Positions 24,415 through 34,730 of a stretch of 64,000 nt of DNA are shown in pieces. The first letter of the stretch is position 1; each line of letters starts with the position of its first letter. The notes below the pieces were generated by a model. The model did not search any database. It was not told the origin of the DNA and worked only from the letters and a program-made list of their open reading frames with translations. The position numbers were made by a program, and so were the translations under genes. The DNA comes from Candidatus Methylomirabilota bacterium (GTDB taxonomy: Bacteria > Methylomirabilota > Methylomirabilia > Rokubacteriales > CSP1-6): the NCBI GenBank assembly GCA_035762565.1, contig DASTOJ010000005.1:23794-87793 (forward strand), read 5' to 3'.

Positions 24415-26369
24415 CGCGCGCCGACGGCCTTCGCCTCCGCGTCCTCGTCCTCGCCGGCCTCCTGGTCCTGGCCTTCACGGGGATCGTCGGCCGCCTCGGC
24501 TGGCTGCAGATCGTCCGCCACGCGGACTTGGCCGCGCTGGCCGAGCGCCAGTACTCGCGCACCGTCGTGCTCCAGGCGCAGCGCGGGCCGATCGTCGACC
24601 GGCGGGGTGTCTCGCTGGCGACCTCGAGCCCGGCCGAGTCGCTCTTCGCCCAGCCGCGGGCCGTCGGCGATCCCGTCCGCGTCGCCGCCCGCCTGGCGCC
24701 CCTGCTGGAGGCGCGGGAGAGCGAGCTGCACGCCGTGCTCACGAGCGGCAAGCCGTTCGTGTGGCTCCGTCGCCGGCTGCCCCCTGCCACCGCCACCGCC
24801 GTGAAGGCGCTCCGCGAGCCGGGGCTGGGCTTCCTGCCCGAGCCGTTGCGGCTCTACCCCAACCGCGAGCTGGCCGCGCACGTGATCGGCTTCGAGGGCG
24901 TGGACGGCGGGCTGGAGGGCATCGAGCGGTCGCTCAACGACGCGCTGGCCGGGACGCCCGGCAAGGCCGTCGTCGGCCGCGACGCGCTCGGACGCGAGGT
25001 CGTCACCGAGGCGGTGCTGCAGGCGCCGCGCGCAGGCCACGGTGTGATGCTGACGCTGGACCGCACCATCCAGTACCTGGCCGAGCGCGAGCTGGACGCC
25101 GCCTGGCGGCGCACGCACGCCAAGGCCGCGATGGCCGTCGCGCTGGATCCGCGCACCGGCGACGTGCTGGCGCTCGCCGTCCGTCCCACCTTCAATCCCA
25201 ACGCCTTCCTCGACGCGCCCTCGCCCGAGCACTGGCGCAACCGCGCGGTCACCGATCCGTTCGAGCCGGGCTCGACCTTCAAGGTCATCCTGGCCGCCGC
25301 CGCCCTCGAGGAGGGCGTGGTGCGGCCGGACGACCGCATCTGGGCCGAGAACGGCCGGATCACCATCGCGAAGACGACCATCCGCGACTGGAAGAAGTAC
25401 GGCTGGCTGACCTTCGGCGAAGTGCTGCAGAACTCCTCGAACGTGGGATCGATCAAGGTGGGGCTGGCCCTCGGGCGGGAGCGCTACCACCGCTACATGA
25501 CCGCGTTCGGCTTCGGCGCGCCCACCGGCATCGGGCTGGCCGGCGAGAGCCGCGGACAGCTGCGCGATCCGCAGCGCTGGTCGGCGCTGTCGCTGCCGAC
25601 GCTATCGATCGGCCAGGAGGTGTCGGTCACCGCGCTCCAGCTGGTCGCGGCGTTCGGCGCCGTCGCCAACGGCGGCACGCTCATGCAGCCCCGCCTGGTG
25701 CGGGCCCTGTTCGACGCCGAGGGCCGCGAGACCCGGCGCTTCGAGCCGCGGGCGGTCCGCCAGGTGATCTCGCCGGAGACAGCGCGGACGCTGACGCGGC
25801 TGATGAGCCAGGTGGTCGCAGCCGGCACCGGCCACAACGCCGCGATCCCCGGCTACGAGGTGGCGGGCAAGACGGGGACGGCGCAGAAGCTCGACCCGGT
25901 GACGCGCCGCTACTCGCGCAATCCAGGCGTGCTGTCGTTCGTCGGCTTCACGCCGGCCGACGAGCCGAGGCTGGTGATGCTCGTGATGCTCGACGAGCCC
26001 AAGAACGAGCGGTGGGGCAGCGAAGCGGCCGCGCCGATCTTCGCGGCGATCGGCGGCGAGGTGCTGCGCTACCTCGACGTGCCCCCCGGGGACGCGGCGC
26101 CGCTCCAGATCGTGACTGGCCCCGCCGAGGGCCCGGCCGGACGGGTGCGGCTGGCCAGCGCCGTGGCCGAGGAGCCAGCCGACACCGGGCTGATGCCCGA
26201 GCTGCGCGGGCAGACGCTCCGTCAGGCCCTGGCCATCCTGGCCCCGCTGGGGGCGGTCGTGAAGGTGCAGGGGCGGGGGCGCGTCAAAGACCAGACGCCG
26301 GCGCCCGGCGAGTCGATGGATCCGACGGTCGCCGTGCGCCTCACCCTGGCCGGCGCCGGCGCGAGATGA
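24411..26369 (+). CDS. ftsI: peptidoglycan D,D-transpeptidase FtsI (class B PBP) with a C-terminal PASTA domain
   Basis: Motifs: STFK, SSN, KTGT. C-terminal MPELRGQTLRQALAILAPLGAVVKVQGRGRVKDQTPAPGESMDPTVAVRLTL is PASTA-like. Confidence 0.9.
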   Translation: MTRADGLRLRVLVLAGLLVLAFTGIVGRLGWLQIVRHADLAALAERQYSRTVVLQAQRGPIVDRRGVSLATSSPAESLFAQPRAVGDPVRVAARLAPLLEARESELHAVLTSGKPFVWLRRRLPPATATAVKALREPGLGFLPEPLRLYPNRELAAHVIGFEGVDGGLEGIERSLNDALAGTPGKAVVGRDALGREVVTEAVLQAPRAGHGVMLTLDRTIQYLAERELDAAWRRTHAKAAMAVALDPRTGDVLALAVRPTFNPNAFLDAPSPEHWRNRAVTDPFEPGSTFKVILAAAALEEGVVRPDDRIWAENGRITIAKTTIRDWKKYGWLTFGEVLQNSSNVGSIKVGLALGRERYHRYMTAFGFGAPTGIGLAGESRGQLRDPQRWSALSLPTLSIGQEVSVTALQLVAAFGAVANGGTLMQPRLVRALFDAEGRETRRFEPRAVRQVISPETARTLTRLMSQVVAAGTGHNAAIPGYEVAGKTGTAQKLDPVTRRYSRNPGVLSFVGFTPADEPRLVMLVMLDEPKNERWGSEAAAPIFAAIGGEVLRYLDVPPGDAAPLQIVTGPAEGPAGRVRLASAVAEEPADTGLMPELRGQTLRQALAILAPLGAVVKVQGRGRVKDQTPAPGESMDPTVAVRLTLAGAGAR

Positions 26370-26370
26370 G

Positions 26371-27870
26371 ATGGCGAGGAGCGGCGTGGCCGTGAGCGTG
26401 CTGCTCGAGGCGTTGCCCGAGCGGCGGGTGGTCGGCGTGCCGCCGGCGGCGGTGAGCGGTCTGACGGCCGACTCGCGCCGCGTGCGGCCGGGCGACTGCT
26501 TCGTCGCCGTGCCCGGCTTCAAGCAGGACGCCCGGCGCTTCGTGGCCGACGCGGTCGGCCGGGGCGCGCGCCTCGTGGTGACGGAGGGCGAGCCCCTCGC
26601 GGACGTGCCGGTGGCCCAGGTGCTCGTGCCCTCGGCCCGGCGCGCGCTGCCGCGCCTGGCCGACGCCTTTCACGGCCATCCCTCGGGCGCCCTCACGCTG
26701 GTGGGCATCACCGGCACCAACGGCAAGACGACGACGTCGTACCTCGTCGACGCGCTGCTGCGCGCGCGTGGCCTCGCCACCGGCATCATCGGCACCATCC
26801 AGTACGTGCTGGGCGGCGAGACGCGGCCCGCCGGCCAGACGACGCCGGAGGCGCTCGAGATCCAGGGGATGCTGGCCGAGATGCGCGCGCGCGCCATCGG
26901 CGGCGTGGCGATGGAGGTCTCCTCGCACGCGCTGGCACTCTCGCGGGTCGACGGGCTGGACTTCGACGTCGCCGTGTTCACGAACCTCACCCAGGACCAC
27001 CTGGACTTTCACGGCACCTTCGACGAGTACCGCCGCGCCAAGCGCCGCCTCTTCGAGCTGCTGGCGGCCTCGCCCAAACCCCGGCGCACCGCCGTCGTCA
27101 ATGCCGACGATCCCTCGGGCGCCGCCATGGTGGCCGGGCTCGACGTGCCGGTGCTGCCGTTCGGGCTCGGGCCGCACGCCCGCGTGCGCGCCGTCGGGCA
27201 CGCGTCCGACCTCGACGGCATCCGCATGACGGTCGACACGCCGGCCGGCCGGCTGGCGCTGGCCTCGCCGCTCATCGGCGAGCACAACGTGATGAACCTG
27301 CTCGGGGCCGTCGCCACCGGGCTGGCGCTCGGCCTGGCGCCGGACGCCATCGCGCGCGCGCTGGCGGCGGTGCGCACGGTGCCGGGGCGGTTCGAGCAGG
27401 TGCACGCGGGGCAGCCGTTCCTGGTCGTCGTGGACTACGCGCACACCCCCGACGCGCTCGAGCGCGTGCTGGCCACGGCGCGCAAGATCACGCCGGGCCG
27501 GCTGGCCGTGGTGTTCGGCTGCGGCGGCGACCGCGACCGCGGCAAGCGCCCGATCATGGGCGAGATCGCCGCGCGGCTCTGCGACCGCGTGTGGGTCACC
27601 TCCGACAACCCGCGCTCGGAGCGGCCGGCGGCCATCCTCGACGAGATCCTCGCCGGCGTCGGCCGCGTTGGAGGCGCCGGCGACCGGTGCGCGACCGACC
27701 CCGACCGCCGGGCGGCGATCCGGGCCGCGCTCGGCTGGGCGCGCGCCGGCGACACCGTGGTCATCGCGGGGAAGGGCCACGAGACGTACCAGCTCGTCGG
27801 CGCCGACGTCCTCGACTTCGACGACCGCGCGGTCGCGCGCGAGATCCTGACCGCCGGCGGGCGGCAATGA
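26371..27870 (+). CDS. murE: UDP-N-acetylmuramoyl-L-alanyl-D-glutamate--2,6-diaminopimelate ligase
   Basis: Motifs: GITGTNGKTTT, DNPRSE (DAP-type motif), GKGHE. Confidence 0.95.
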   Translation: MARSGVAVSVLLEALPERRVVGVPPAAVSGLTADSRRVRPGDCFVAVPGFKQDARRFVADAVGRGARLVVTEGEPLADVPVAQVLVPSARRALPRLADAFHGHPSGALTLVGITGTNGKTTTSYLVDALLRARGLATGIIGTIQYVLGGETRPAGQTTPEALEIQGMLAEMRARAIGGVAMEVSSHALALSRVDGLDFDVAVFTNLTQDHLDFHGTFDEYRRAKRRLFELLAASPKPRRTAVVNADDPSGAAMVAGLDVPVLPFGLGPHARVRAVGHASDLDGIRMTVDTPAGRLALASPLIGEHNVMNLLGAVATGLALGLAPDAIARALAAVRTVPGRFEQVHAGQPFLVVVDYAHTPDALERVLATARKITPGRLAVVFGCGGDRDRGKRPIMGEIAARLCDRVWVTSDNPRSERPAAILDEILAGVGRVGGAGDRCATDPDRRAAIRAALGWARAGDTVVIAGKGHETYQLVGADVLDFDDRAVAREILTAGGRQ

Positions 27871-29282
27871 GCCGCCTCCCGCCCTTCACCGTGCAGGACA
27901 TCGTGCGCGCCACCCACGGCGCCCTGGTGGCGGGCGACCTCGGCATCCCGGTCAGCGGCGTGTCGATCGACTCGCGCACGCTCGGCGTCGGCGAGGCGTT
28001 CTTCGCCATCCAGGGGCACCGGCTCGACGGCCACGCCTTCCTGGCGGAGGCGGCCGCGCGCGGCGCCGCCTGCCTCGTCGTGCACGCGCTGCCGGACGAC
28101 GTGCCGGCCAACGTCCCGCTCGTGCTCGTCGAGGAGACCACCGCCGCCCTCGGGCGGCTGGGCGCCTGGCACCGCGGCCGCTTCGCGATCCCGGTCGTCG
28201 CCGTCACCGGGAGCAACGGCAAGACGACGACCAAGGAGCTGGCGGCGGGTGTCCTCGCCACGCGGTGGGCGGTGCTGCGGCCCGAGCGGTCCTTCAACAA
28301 CCAGTGGGGGCTGCCGCTCACTCTGCTGCGGCTGGGACCCGAGCACGAGGCCGTCGTGCTGGAGATCGGCACCAACGCCCGCGGCGAGATCGCGACGCTG
28401 GCCGCGCTGGCCTCGCCCACGGTCGGCGTCGTCACCACCGTCGCCGGCGTCCACACCGAGTTTCTGGGGTCGCTCGACGGCGTCCGCGAGGAGAAAGCGG
28501 GCCTGGTGCGCGCGCTGCCGGCGGACGGGGTGGCCGTGCTCAACGCCGATGACCCGCGGGTGGCCGGCATGGCGCGCGAGACGCGCGCGCGCGTGGTGAC
28601 GTACGGGCGCGGCGCGACGGCCCAGGTGCGGGCGAGCGACGAGGTCGAGGACGAGCGGGGCCTGGCGTTCGTGCTGCGCGCCGGCGGCGCGCAGCAGCCG
28701 GTGACGCTGGGTCTGGCCGGCCGCCACAACGTGACCAACGCGCTGGCCGCCGCGGCCGCCGGCGTGGCGCTGGGCCTGTCGCTGGCCGAGATCGCCCGCG
28801 GGCTCGGCGGCGTGCCGCCGGTGGCCGGCCGCTGCGTGTGGCGGCAGGCGGGCGACGTCACGATCCTCGACGACACCTACAACGCCAGCCCGGTGTCGGT
28901 CCGGGCCGCCCTGGACACGGTGGCCGCCCATCGCCGCGGACGGCGCGTGGTCGTGGTGCTGGGCGACATGCTCGAGCTCGGCGCGACGACCGACGAGGCG
29001 CATCGCGAGGTGGGCCGCCAGGTGGCGGCACTGCCCGCCGACGAGCTGGTCGGCGTGGGGCGCGCGATGCCCGCCGCCGTGGAGGCCGCTCGCGAGGCCG
29101 GCCTCGGCGAGGCGCGCCACCTCACGACGTTCGAGGACACGGTCGCCCACCTGCTCAAGCGGCTGGCCCCCGGCGACCTGGTGCTGGTGAAGGGCTCGCG
29201 TGGCATGCGTATGGAGCGCGTGGTGGATGCGCTCGTCGCCCGCCTGGCCCGGGCGGGACGCGAGCGATCGGACCCCGAATGA
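27867..29282 (+). CDS. murF: UDP-N-acetylmuramoyl-tripeptide--D-alanyl-D-alanine ligase
   Basis: ATGA overlap with murE. Motifs: VTGSNGKTTTKE, DTYNASP, GDMLELG. Confidence 0.9.
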   Translation: MSRLPPFTVQDIVRATHGALVAGDLGIPVSGVSIDSRTLGVGEAFFAIQGHRLDGHAFLAEAAARGAACLVVHALPDDVPANVPLVLVEETTAALGRLGAWHRGRFAIPVVAVTGSNGKTTTKELAAGVLATRWAVLRPERSFNNQWGLPLTLLRLGPEHEAVVLEIGTNARGEIATLAALASPTVGVVTTVAGVHTEFLGSLDGVREEKAGLVRALPADGVAVLNADDPRVAGMARETRARVVTYGRGATAQVRASDEVEDERGLAFVLRAGGAQQPVTLGLAGRHNVTNALAAAAAGVALGLSLAEIARGLGGVPPVAGRCVWRQAGDVTILDDTYNASPVSVRAALDTVAAHRRGRRVVVVLGDMLELGATTDEAHREVGRQVAALPADELVGVGRAMPAAVEAAREAGLGEARHLTTFEDTVAHLLKRLAPGDLVLVKGSRGMRMERVVDALVARLARAGRERSDPE

Positions 29283-29291
29283 GGATGGCGG

Positions 29292-30371
29292 ATGCTCTAC
29301 CACTTCCTCGTGCCGCTGGCGAAGGACTACATCGTCTTCAACGTCTTCCGGTACCTGACGTTCCGGTCCTTCATGGCCCTCATCACGGCGCTGGTGATCT
29401 CGCTGGTGATCGGGCCCTGGCTCATCGGCCGCCTGAAGCGGATGCAGCGCGGCGCCGAGACGATCCGCGAGGACACCCCGGAGCGCCATCGCGGGAAGAC
29501 GGGCACGCCCACGATGGGTGGCGTGGTGGTCCTGGCGGCCATCCTGGGGTCGACCATGCTGTGGGCCAACCTCACCAACCGCTACGTCTGGGTCGTGATG
29601 CTGGCGATCAGCGGGTTCGGCCTCATCGGCATGGGGGACGACTGGCTCAAGATCAAGAAGCGCCGCGGCCTGTCGGCCCGGGTGAAGCTCGGCCTGCAGC
29701 TGCTGCTGACGCTGGCGATCTTGCAGATCGTGTTCTGGCAGCCGCGGGCGGACTGGCAGCCGGTGCTGGCCATCCCCTTCTTCAAGGGCTGGCTGATCGA
29801 CCTCGGCTGGTGGTGGTTCCCCTTCGCGATGCTGGTGGTGGTGGGCGCCTCGAACGCGGTGAACCTCACCGACGGTCTCGACGGCCTGGCGATCGGCCCC
29901 ATCGTGATGGCCGGCGGCGCCTTCGCCGTCATCGCCTACCTGACCGGCAACTTCCGGGCGGCCGACTATCTCAAGATCCTCAACGTCCGTGGCGCGGGCG
30001 AGCTGACGGTGTTCTGCGCGGCGCTGATCGGGGCGGCGGTGGGCTTTCTGTGGTTCAACTGCCATCCGGCCGAGGTCTTCATGGGCGACGCCGGCTCGCT
30101 GGCGCTGGGCGGCGCGATCGGCATGCTGGCCGTGCTGACCAAGGCCGAGCTGCTGCTGCCGCTCATCGGGGGCCTCTACGTGGTGGAGGCGGCGTCGGTC
30201 ATCATCCAGGTGGTGTCCTTCAAGCTGACGGGCCGCCGGGTCTTCCGCATGGCACCGCTGCACCACCACTACGAGTTGACCGGTTGGCCCGAGCCCAAGA
30301 TCGTCGTGCGGTTCTGGATCGTCTCGTTCGCGCTGGCGCTGCTGGCGCTCACGACCCTCAAGCTCCGGTGA
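29292..30371 (+). CDS. mraY: phospho-N-acetylmuramoyl-pentapeptide-transferase
   Basis: Motifs: KTGTPTMGG, NAVNLTDGLDGLA, GDAGSLALGG, APLHHHYEL. Confidence 0.95.
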   Translation: MLYHFLVPLAKDYIVFNVFRYLTFRSFMALITALVISLVIGPWLIGRLKRMQRGAETIREDTPERHRGKTGTPTMGGVVVLAAILGSTMLWANLTNRYVWVVMLAISGFGLIGMGDDWLKIKKRRGLSARVKLGLQLLLTLAILQIVFWQPRADWQPVLAIPFFKGWLIDLGWWWFPFAMLVVVGASNAVNLTDGLDGLAIGPIVMAGGAFAVIAYLTGNFRAADYLKILNVRGAGELTVFCAALIGAAVGFLWFNCHPAEVFMGDAGSLALGGAIGMLAVLTKAELLLPLIGGLYVVEAASVIIQVVSFKLTGRRVFRMAPLHHHYELTGWPEPKIVVRFWIVSFALALLALTTLKLR

Positions 30372-30387
30372 CGAGGAGGGCGGCCTG

Positions 30388-30442
30388 ATGATTGCGCTCG
30401 CAGTGCGAGCCGCAGCCGAAGGCGAGGTGAGCCAATGATTGC
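30388..30442. repeat. 39-nt GCGAGCC-core repeat flanked by an 8-bp direct duplication (ATGATTGC) of the murD start
   Basis: ATGATTGC-GCTCGCAGTGCGAGCCGCAGCCGAAGGCGAGGTGAGCCA-ATGATTGC. There is a hairpin GCTCGC-AGT-GCGAGC at 30396-30410. Confidence 0.7.
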
Positions 30443-31838
30443 CCTGGAGGACGACGTGGCGACGCGGGGGAGGGCCTGGCTGGCCTCGCTGGCCGGTCGC
30501 CGGGTGACGGTCGTCGGGCTGGCGCGGAGCGGGATCGCCGCCATCCGTCTGCTGCGCGAGGCGGGCGCCATCGTCACCGGCAGCGACGTCAAGGCGCTCG
30601 ACGCGCTCGGGCGCGAGGTGGCGGCCCTGCGGGATGCCGGCGTGCGGCTGGTCACCAACGGCGACGCCCACCACGCCTTCGAGGGCGCGACGCTGGTCGT
30701 CGTCAGCCCGGGAGTGCCGCTCGACTCGCCGCAGCTGGCGCCGGCGCGCGCGGCCCGGCTGCCGATCATCGGCGAGCTGGAGCTGGGCTGGCGGGCGATG
30801 GAGGCGGTGACGATCGCCATCACCGGCACCAACGGCAAGACGACCACCACGGCGCTGACCGGCGCCTTGCTGGCCGAGCAGCCGCGGCCGGTGCTGGTGG
30901 CCGGCAACATCGGCACGCCGCTGGCCGCCGGCGCCCTGACCTTTCCGCGCGACGGGCTGGTCGTCGCCGAGGTCTCGTCGTTCCAGCTGGAGAGCATCGA
31001 CACGTTCCAGCCGCGCGTGGCGGCCGTGCTCAACGTCACACCCGACCACCTCGACCGTCACGGCTCGTTCGACGCTTACGTCGACGCCAAGGCCCGGATC
31101 TTCCTGAACCAGACGACCACCGACTGCGCCGTGCTGAACGCCGACGACCCGGCCGCGGCGGCGCTGGCGCCGCGCACGCGCGGCCGGGTGATCTGGTTCA
31201 GCCGCCGCCGGCCGCTCGAGCCCGGCGTCTTCGTGAGCGGCGACGGCTGGGTGGCGGCCCGGCTCAACGGCCATGTCGAGGCGATCTGCCCGCTGGCCGA
31301 GATGCAGCTGCGTGGCCAGCACAACGTCGAGAACGTGCTGGCCGCGACCGCCTGCGCGCTCTGGCTCGGTCTCGGCGCCGCCGCCATCCGCCGGGCCATC
31401 GGCCGCTTCCGGGCCGTCGAGCACCGCATCGAGTTCGTCCGCGACCTGCGCGGCGTCCAGTTCTACAACGACTCCAAGGGCACCAACGTCGCCTCCACGA
31501 TCAAGGCGCTCGAGAGCTTCCAGGAGCGCGTGGTGCTGATCGCCGGCGGCAAGGGCAAGGGCCAGGACTTCGCCCCGCTCGCCGGGGCCGCGCGCGGGCG
31601 CGTGAGCCACGCCGTCGTGATCGGCGAGGACGGTCCGAAGATCGGCGCCGCCCTCGCCGCGATCGGCATCGCGGTGAGCGCGGCGGCCACGATGCAGTCG
31701 GCGATCGAGGGGGCGCGCGCGCAGGCCCGGCCCGGCGACGTCGTCCTCCTCTCGCCGGCCTGCGCCTCCTTCGACATGTTCGACAACTACGAGCACCGCG
31801 GCGACGTCTTCAAGCGCCTCGTCGGAGCGCTCGATTGA
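30435..31838 (+). CDS. murD: UDP-N-acetylmuramoylalanine--D-glutamate ligase
   Basis: Motifs: GLARSG, ITGTNGKTTT, NDSKGTN. Confidence 0.95.
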   Translation: MIALEDDVATRGRAWLASLAGRRVTVVGLARSGIAAIRLLREAGAIVTGSDVKALDALGREVAALRDAGVRLVTNGDAHHAFEGATLVVVSPGVPLDSPQLAPARAARLPIIGELELGWRAMEAVTIAITGTNGKTTTTALTGALLAEQPRPVLVAGNIGTPLAAGALTFPRDGLVVAEVSSFQLESIDTFQPRVAAVLNVTPDHLDRHGSFDAYVDAKARIFLNQTTTDCAVLNADDPAAAALAPRTRGRVIWFSRRRPLEPGVFVSGDGWVAARLNGHVEAICPLAEMQLRGQHNVENVLAATACALWLGLGAAAIRRAIGRFRAVEHRIEFVRDLRGVQFYNDSKGTNVASTIKALESFQERVVLIAGGKGKGQDFAPLAGAARGRVSHAVVIGEDGPKIGAALAAIGIAVSAAATMQSAIEGARAQARPGDVVLLSPACASFDMFDNYEHRGDVFKRLVGALD

Positions 31839-31868
31839 CCCCGCGCGCGCCGCGATGACCCCGCGCAT

Positions 31869-32104
31869 CGCTGACGGCGGGGGGGGTGGGCGGGTGCCCC
31901 GGGCGCGCCACGGATGGCTCGCCTGTACGCTGCTGCGCGTTCCGGGCGCGGCTCGCGCGACCCCCCCATCCCCCAGCGGGGGCTGGGGCGCGGCCGGTCG
32001 AGGCGTCGGCGGCGCGCTCGCCGCACCCGGAACGCGCGCAGCGACGACGGCTCGCCATCAAGTGGCGCGCCCGGGGCACCCGCCCATCCCCCCCGCCGTC
32101 AGCG
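31869..32104. repeat. ~236-bp imperfect palindromic intergenic element (copy 2), between murD and ftsW
   Basis: The left arm CGCTGACGGCGGGGGGGGTGGGCGGGTGCCCCGGGCGCGCC matches the reverse complement of the right end. It shares ATGGCTCGCCTGT, CGACGACGGCTCGCCAT and the CCCCCATCCCCC..GGGGCT centre with copy 1. Confidence 0.75.
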
Positions 32105-32245
32105 CGCCCGGAGCCCCGCGACCGCCGTTTGACCTCGGGTGGGCTCCGTCCGTACACCCGTCCTCCCACACCCTCGGATTCGTGATGCAGAGGGCCATCG
32201 CCACCGGCGCGACGGGGCGCCGCGCGGCCGGCGAGGGGCGATAGC

Positions 32246-33343
32246 GTGCCGAGGAAGCTGACGCCGGACATGTGGCTGTTCGGGGTCGCAGTGGTGCTGC
32301 TGTCGGCGGGCGTGGTGATGGTGTACTCGGCGAGCGCGATCGTGGCGGCGGACCGGTTTCACGATCCGTACTTCTTTCTCAAGAAGCAGCTGTTCTGGGC
32401 GCTGCTGGGGTCGGTCACGATGCTGCTGGCCATCCGGGTCGACTACCGGAAGCTGGAGCGGTTCGTGCTGCCGGCGCTGATCGTGGCGGGGGTGCTGCTG
32501 GTGCTCGTGCTGGTGCCGCCGATCGGCCAGGCGATCAACGGGACGCGGCGCTGGATCCGGCTGGGAGCCGTGTCGTTCCAGCCGGCCGAGCTGGCCAAGC
32601 TGGCGCTCGTCTTCTACCTGGCGGCCTTCGTGGCGCGGCGGCACGCGGTGCTGGGCGAGGTGCGGCGCGGACTGCTGCCCCCGCTGGTGGTGGCGGGCGC
32701 GTTCGCGGGCCTCGTGTTCGTGCAGCCCGATCTCGGCAACTGCCTGACGCTGATCGCGCTGACGTTCGGGTTGCTGTACCTGGCGGGGGCGCCGGTCCGC
32801 CACCTGCTGTGGGCGCTGGCGCCGGCGCTGCCGCTGCTGGCGATCGCGATCTACGCGGCGCCCTATCGCCTGCGGCGGATGACGGCGTTCTGGGACCCCT
32901 GGTCCGATCCGCGGGGGAGCGGCTTCCAGATCATCCAGTCGTGGCTGGCCTTCGGCAACGGCGGCCTCACCGGCCAGGGCATCGGCGGCTCACGGCAGAA
33001 GCTGTTCTACCTGCCCGAGGCGCACACGGATTTCATCTTCGCCGTGGTGGGCGAGGAGCTGGGTTTCGTCGGCGCCGCGCTGTTCGTCGCGCTGTTCGCG
33101 GTGCTGATCTGGCGGGGGCTGCGCATCGGGCTGCGCACGGCGGAGCCGTTCGGGGCGTACCTCGCGCTCGGCATCACGCTGCTCATCGCCACCCAGACGC
33201 TCGTCAATCTGGGCGTGGTCACCGGCCTGCTGCCCACCAAGGGGCTGCCGCTGCCGTTCGTCTCCTTCGGCGGCTCGGCGCTGCTGATGACCATGCTGTC
33301 GACCGGCGTGCTCCTCAACATCTCCCAGCACGCCCATGTATAA
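32246..33343 (+). CDS. ftsW: peptidoglycan glycosyltransferase FtsW (SEDS family)
   Basis: Multi-TM protein. Motifs: [51 protein letters not shown]. Confidence 0.9.
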   Translation: MPRKLTPDMWLFGVAVVLLSAGVVMVYSASAIVAADRFHDPYFFLKKQLFWALLGSVTMLLAIRVDYRKLERFVLPALIVAGVLLVLVLVPPIGQAINGTRRWIRLGAVSFQPAELAKLALVFYLAAFVARRHAVLGEVRRGLLPPLVVAGAFAGLVFVQPDLGNCLTLIALTFGLLYLAGAPVRHLLWALAPALPLLAIAIYAAPYRLRRMTAFWDPWSDPRGSGFQIIQSWLAFGNGGLTGQGIGGSRQKLFYLPEAHTDFIFAVVGEELGFVGAALFVALFAVLIWRGLRIGLRTAEPFGAYLALGITLLIATQTLVNLGVVTGLLPTKGLPLPFVSFGGSALLMTMLSTGVLLNISQHAHV

Positions 33344-34730
33344 GCGCTACCAGCACATCCACTTCGTGGGCATCGGCGGCATCGGCATGTCGGGGATCGC
33401 CGAGATCCTCCTCAACCTCGGCTATCGCGTGAGCGGCTCGGACCAGAAGCGGACCGAGACGATCGAGCGGCTGGAACAGCTCGGCGCCAAGATCTTCGTC
33501 GGCCACCAGCCCGGCCACGTCGAGGGCGTGCACGTGCTCGTGTACTCGTCGGCCGTCGCCGCCGACAACGTCGAGGTCCAGACCGCGCGCCAGCGCCAGA
33601 TCCCGATCATCGGCCGCGCCGAGATGCTGGCCGAGCTGATGCGGCTCAAGTACGGCATCGCGGTCGCCGGCACCCACGGCAAGACGACGACGACCTCGAT
33701 GGTCGGCGCCGTGCTGGCCGAGGGGCGCCACGACCCCACGATCGTCGTGGGCGGCCGCGTGACCAACCTCGGCTCCAACGCCCGGCTCGGCCAGGGCGAG
33801 TTCCTGGTCGCCGAGGCCGACGAGTCGGACGGCTCGTTCCTCAAGCTGGCGCCGACGATCGCGGTGGTCACGACGATCGATGCCGAGCACCTCGATCACT
33901 GGGGCAGCCTGGAGGCGATCCGCGACGGGTTCCTGGCCTTCGTCAACAAGGTGCCGTTCTACGGCGCGGCCGTGCTCTGCCTGGACCAGTCCAACATCCA
34001 GCTGCTCCTGCCCCGCGTGGAGAAGCGAGTCATCACCTACGGGCTGGAGTCGAGCGCCGACCTCGTCGCCCGCCGGCCCGAGCTGCGCGGCATGACGAGC
34101 CGCTTCGAGGTCTGGCAGCGCGGCGCGCCGCTCGGCGAGTGCACTCTGCAGATCCCCGGGCGGCACAATGTCCTCAACGCGCTGGCGGCCATCGCGGTGG
34201 GGCTCGACCTCGAGATTCCCTTCGCGACCATCCAGCAGGCGCTGGCCGGCTTCGCCGGGGTCCAGCGCCGCTTCCAGGTCCGCGGTACGGCCGCCGGCGT
34301 CACCGTGGTCGACGACTACGGCCACCATCCCGTGGAGATCCGCGCGACCCTGGCCGCCGCCAAGGCCGGGTTCGACAGCCGGGTCATCACGGTGTTCCAG
34401 CCCCACCGCTACAGCCGCACGCTGCACCTGCGCCAGGAATTCCTGACCGCGTTCAACCAGGCCGACGTGCTGATCGTCATGGATGTCTATCCGGCCGGCG
34501 AGGCGCCGATTCCCGGCGTCAGCGCCGCCGACCTCGCCGAGGGCATCCGTGCCCACGGACACCGCGACGTCACGTACCTCGGCAGCGATCGGGCGCGCAT
34601 CGTCGAGCACGTCTGCGAGATCAGCCGGCCCGGGGACCTCGTGCTCACCCTGGGAGCCGGCGACGTCAGCCAGCTGGGGCCAGACATTCTGCGACGGCTC
34701 GAGGCCGAGTCGCCGAATGGGGGGACTTAA
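33336..34730 (+). CDS. murC: UDP-N-acetylmuramate--L-alanine ligase
   Basis: Motifs: [34 protein letters not shown]. 8-nt overlap with ftsW. Confidence 0.95.
   Translation: MYKRYQHIHFVGIGGIGMSGIAEILLNLGYRVSGSDQKRTETIERLEQLGAKIFVGHQPGHVEGVHVLVYSSAVAADNVEVQTARQRQIPIIGRAEMLAELMRLKYGIAVAGTHGKTTTTSMVGAVLAEGRHDPTIVVGGRVTNLGSNARLGQGEFLVAEADESDGSFLKLAPTIAVVTTIDAEHLDHWGSLEAIRDGFLAFVNKVPFYGAAVLCLDQSNIQLLLPRVEKRVITYGLESSADLVARRPELRGMTSRFEVWQRGAPLGECTLQIPGRHNVLNALAAIAVGLDLEIPFATIQQALAGFAGVQRRFQVRGTAAGVTVVDDYGHHPVEIRATLAAAKAGFDSRVITVFQPHRYSRTLHLRQEFLTAFNQADVLIVMDVYPAGEAPIPGVSAADLAEGIRAHGHRDVTYLGSDRARIVEHVCEISRPGDLVLTLGAGDVSQLGPDILRRLEAESPNGGT

Noticed and set aside
27435-31868. A 1477-aa ORF on the - strand covering murF, mraY and murD.
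   Set aside because: This is the same high-GC artefact. It lies antisense to three highly conserved mur/mra genes and has no motifs.
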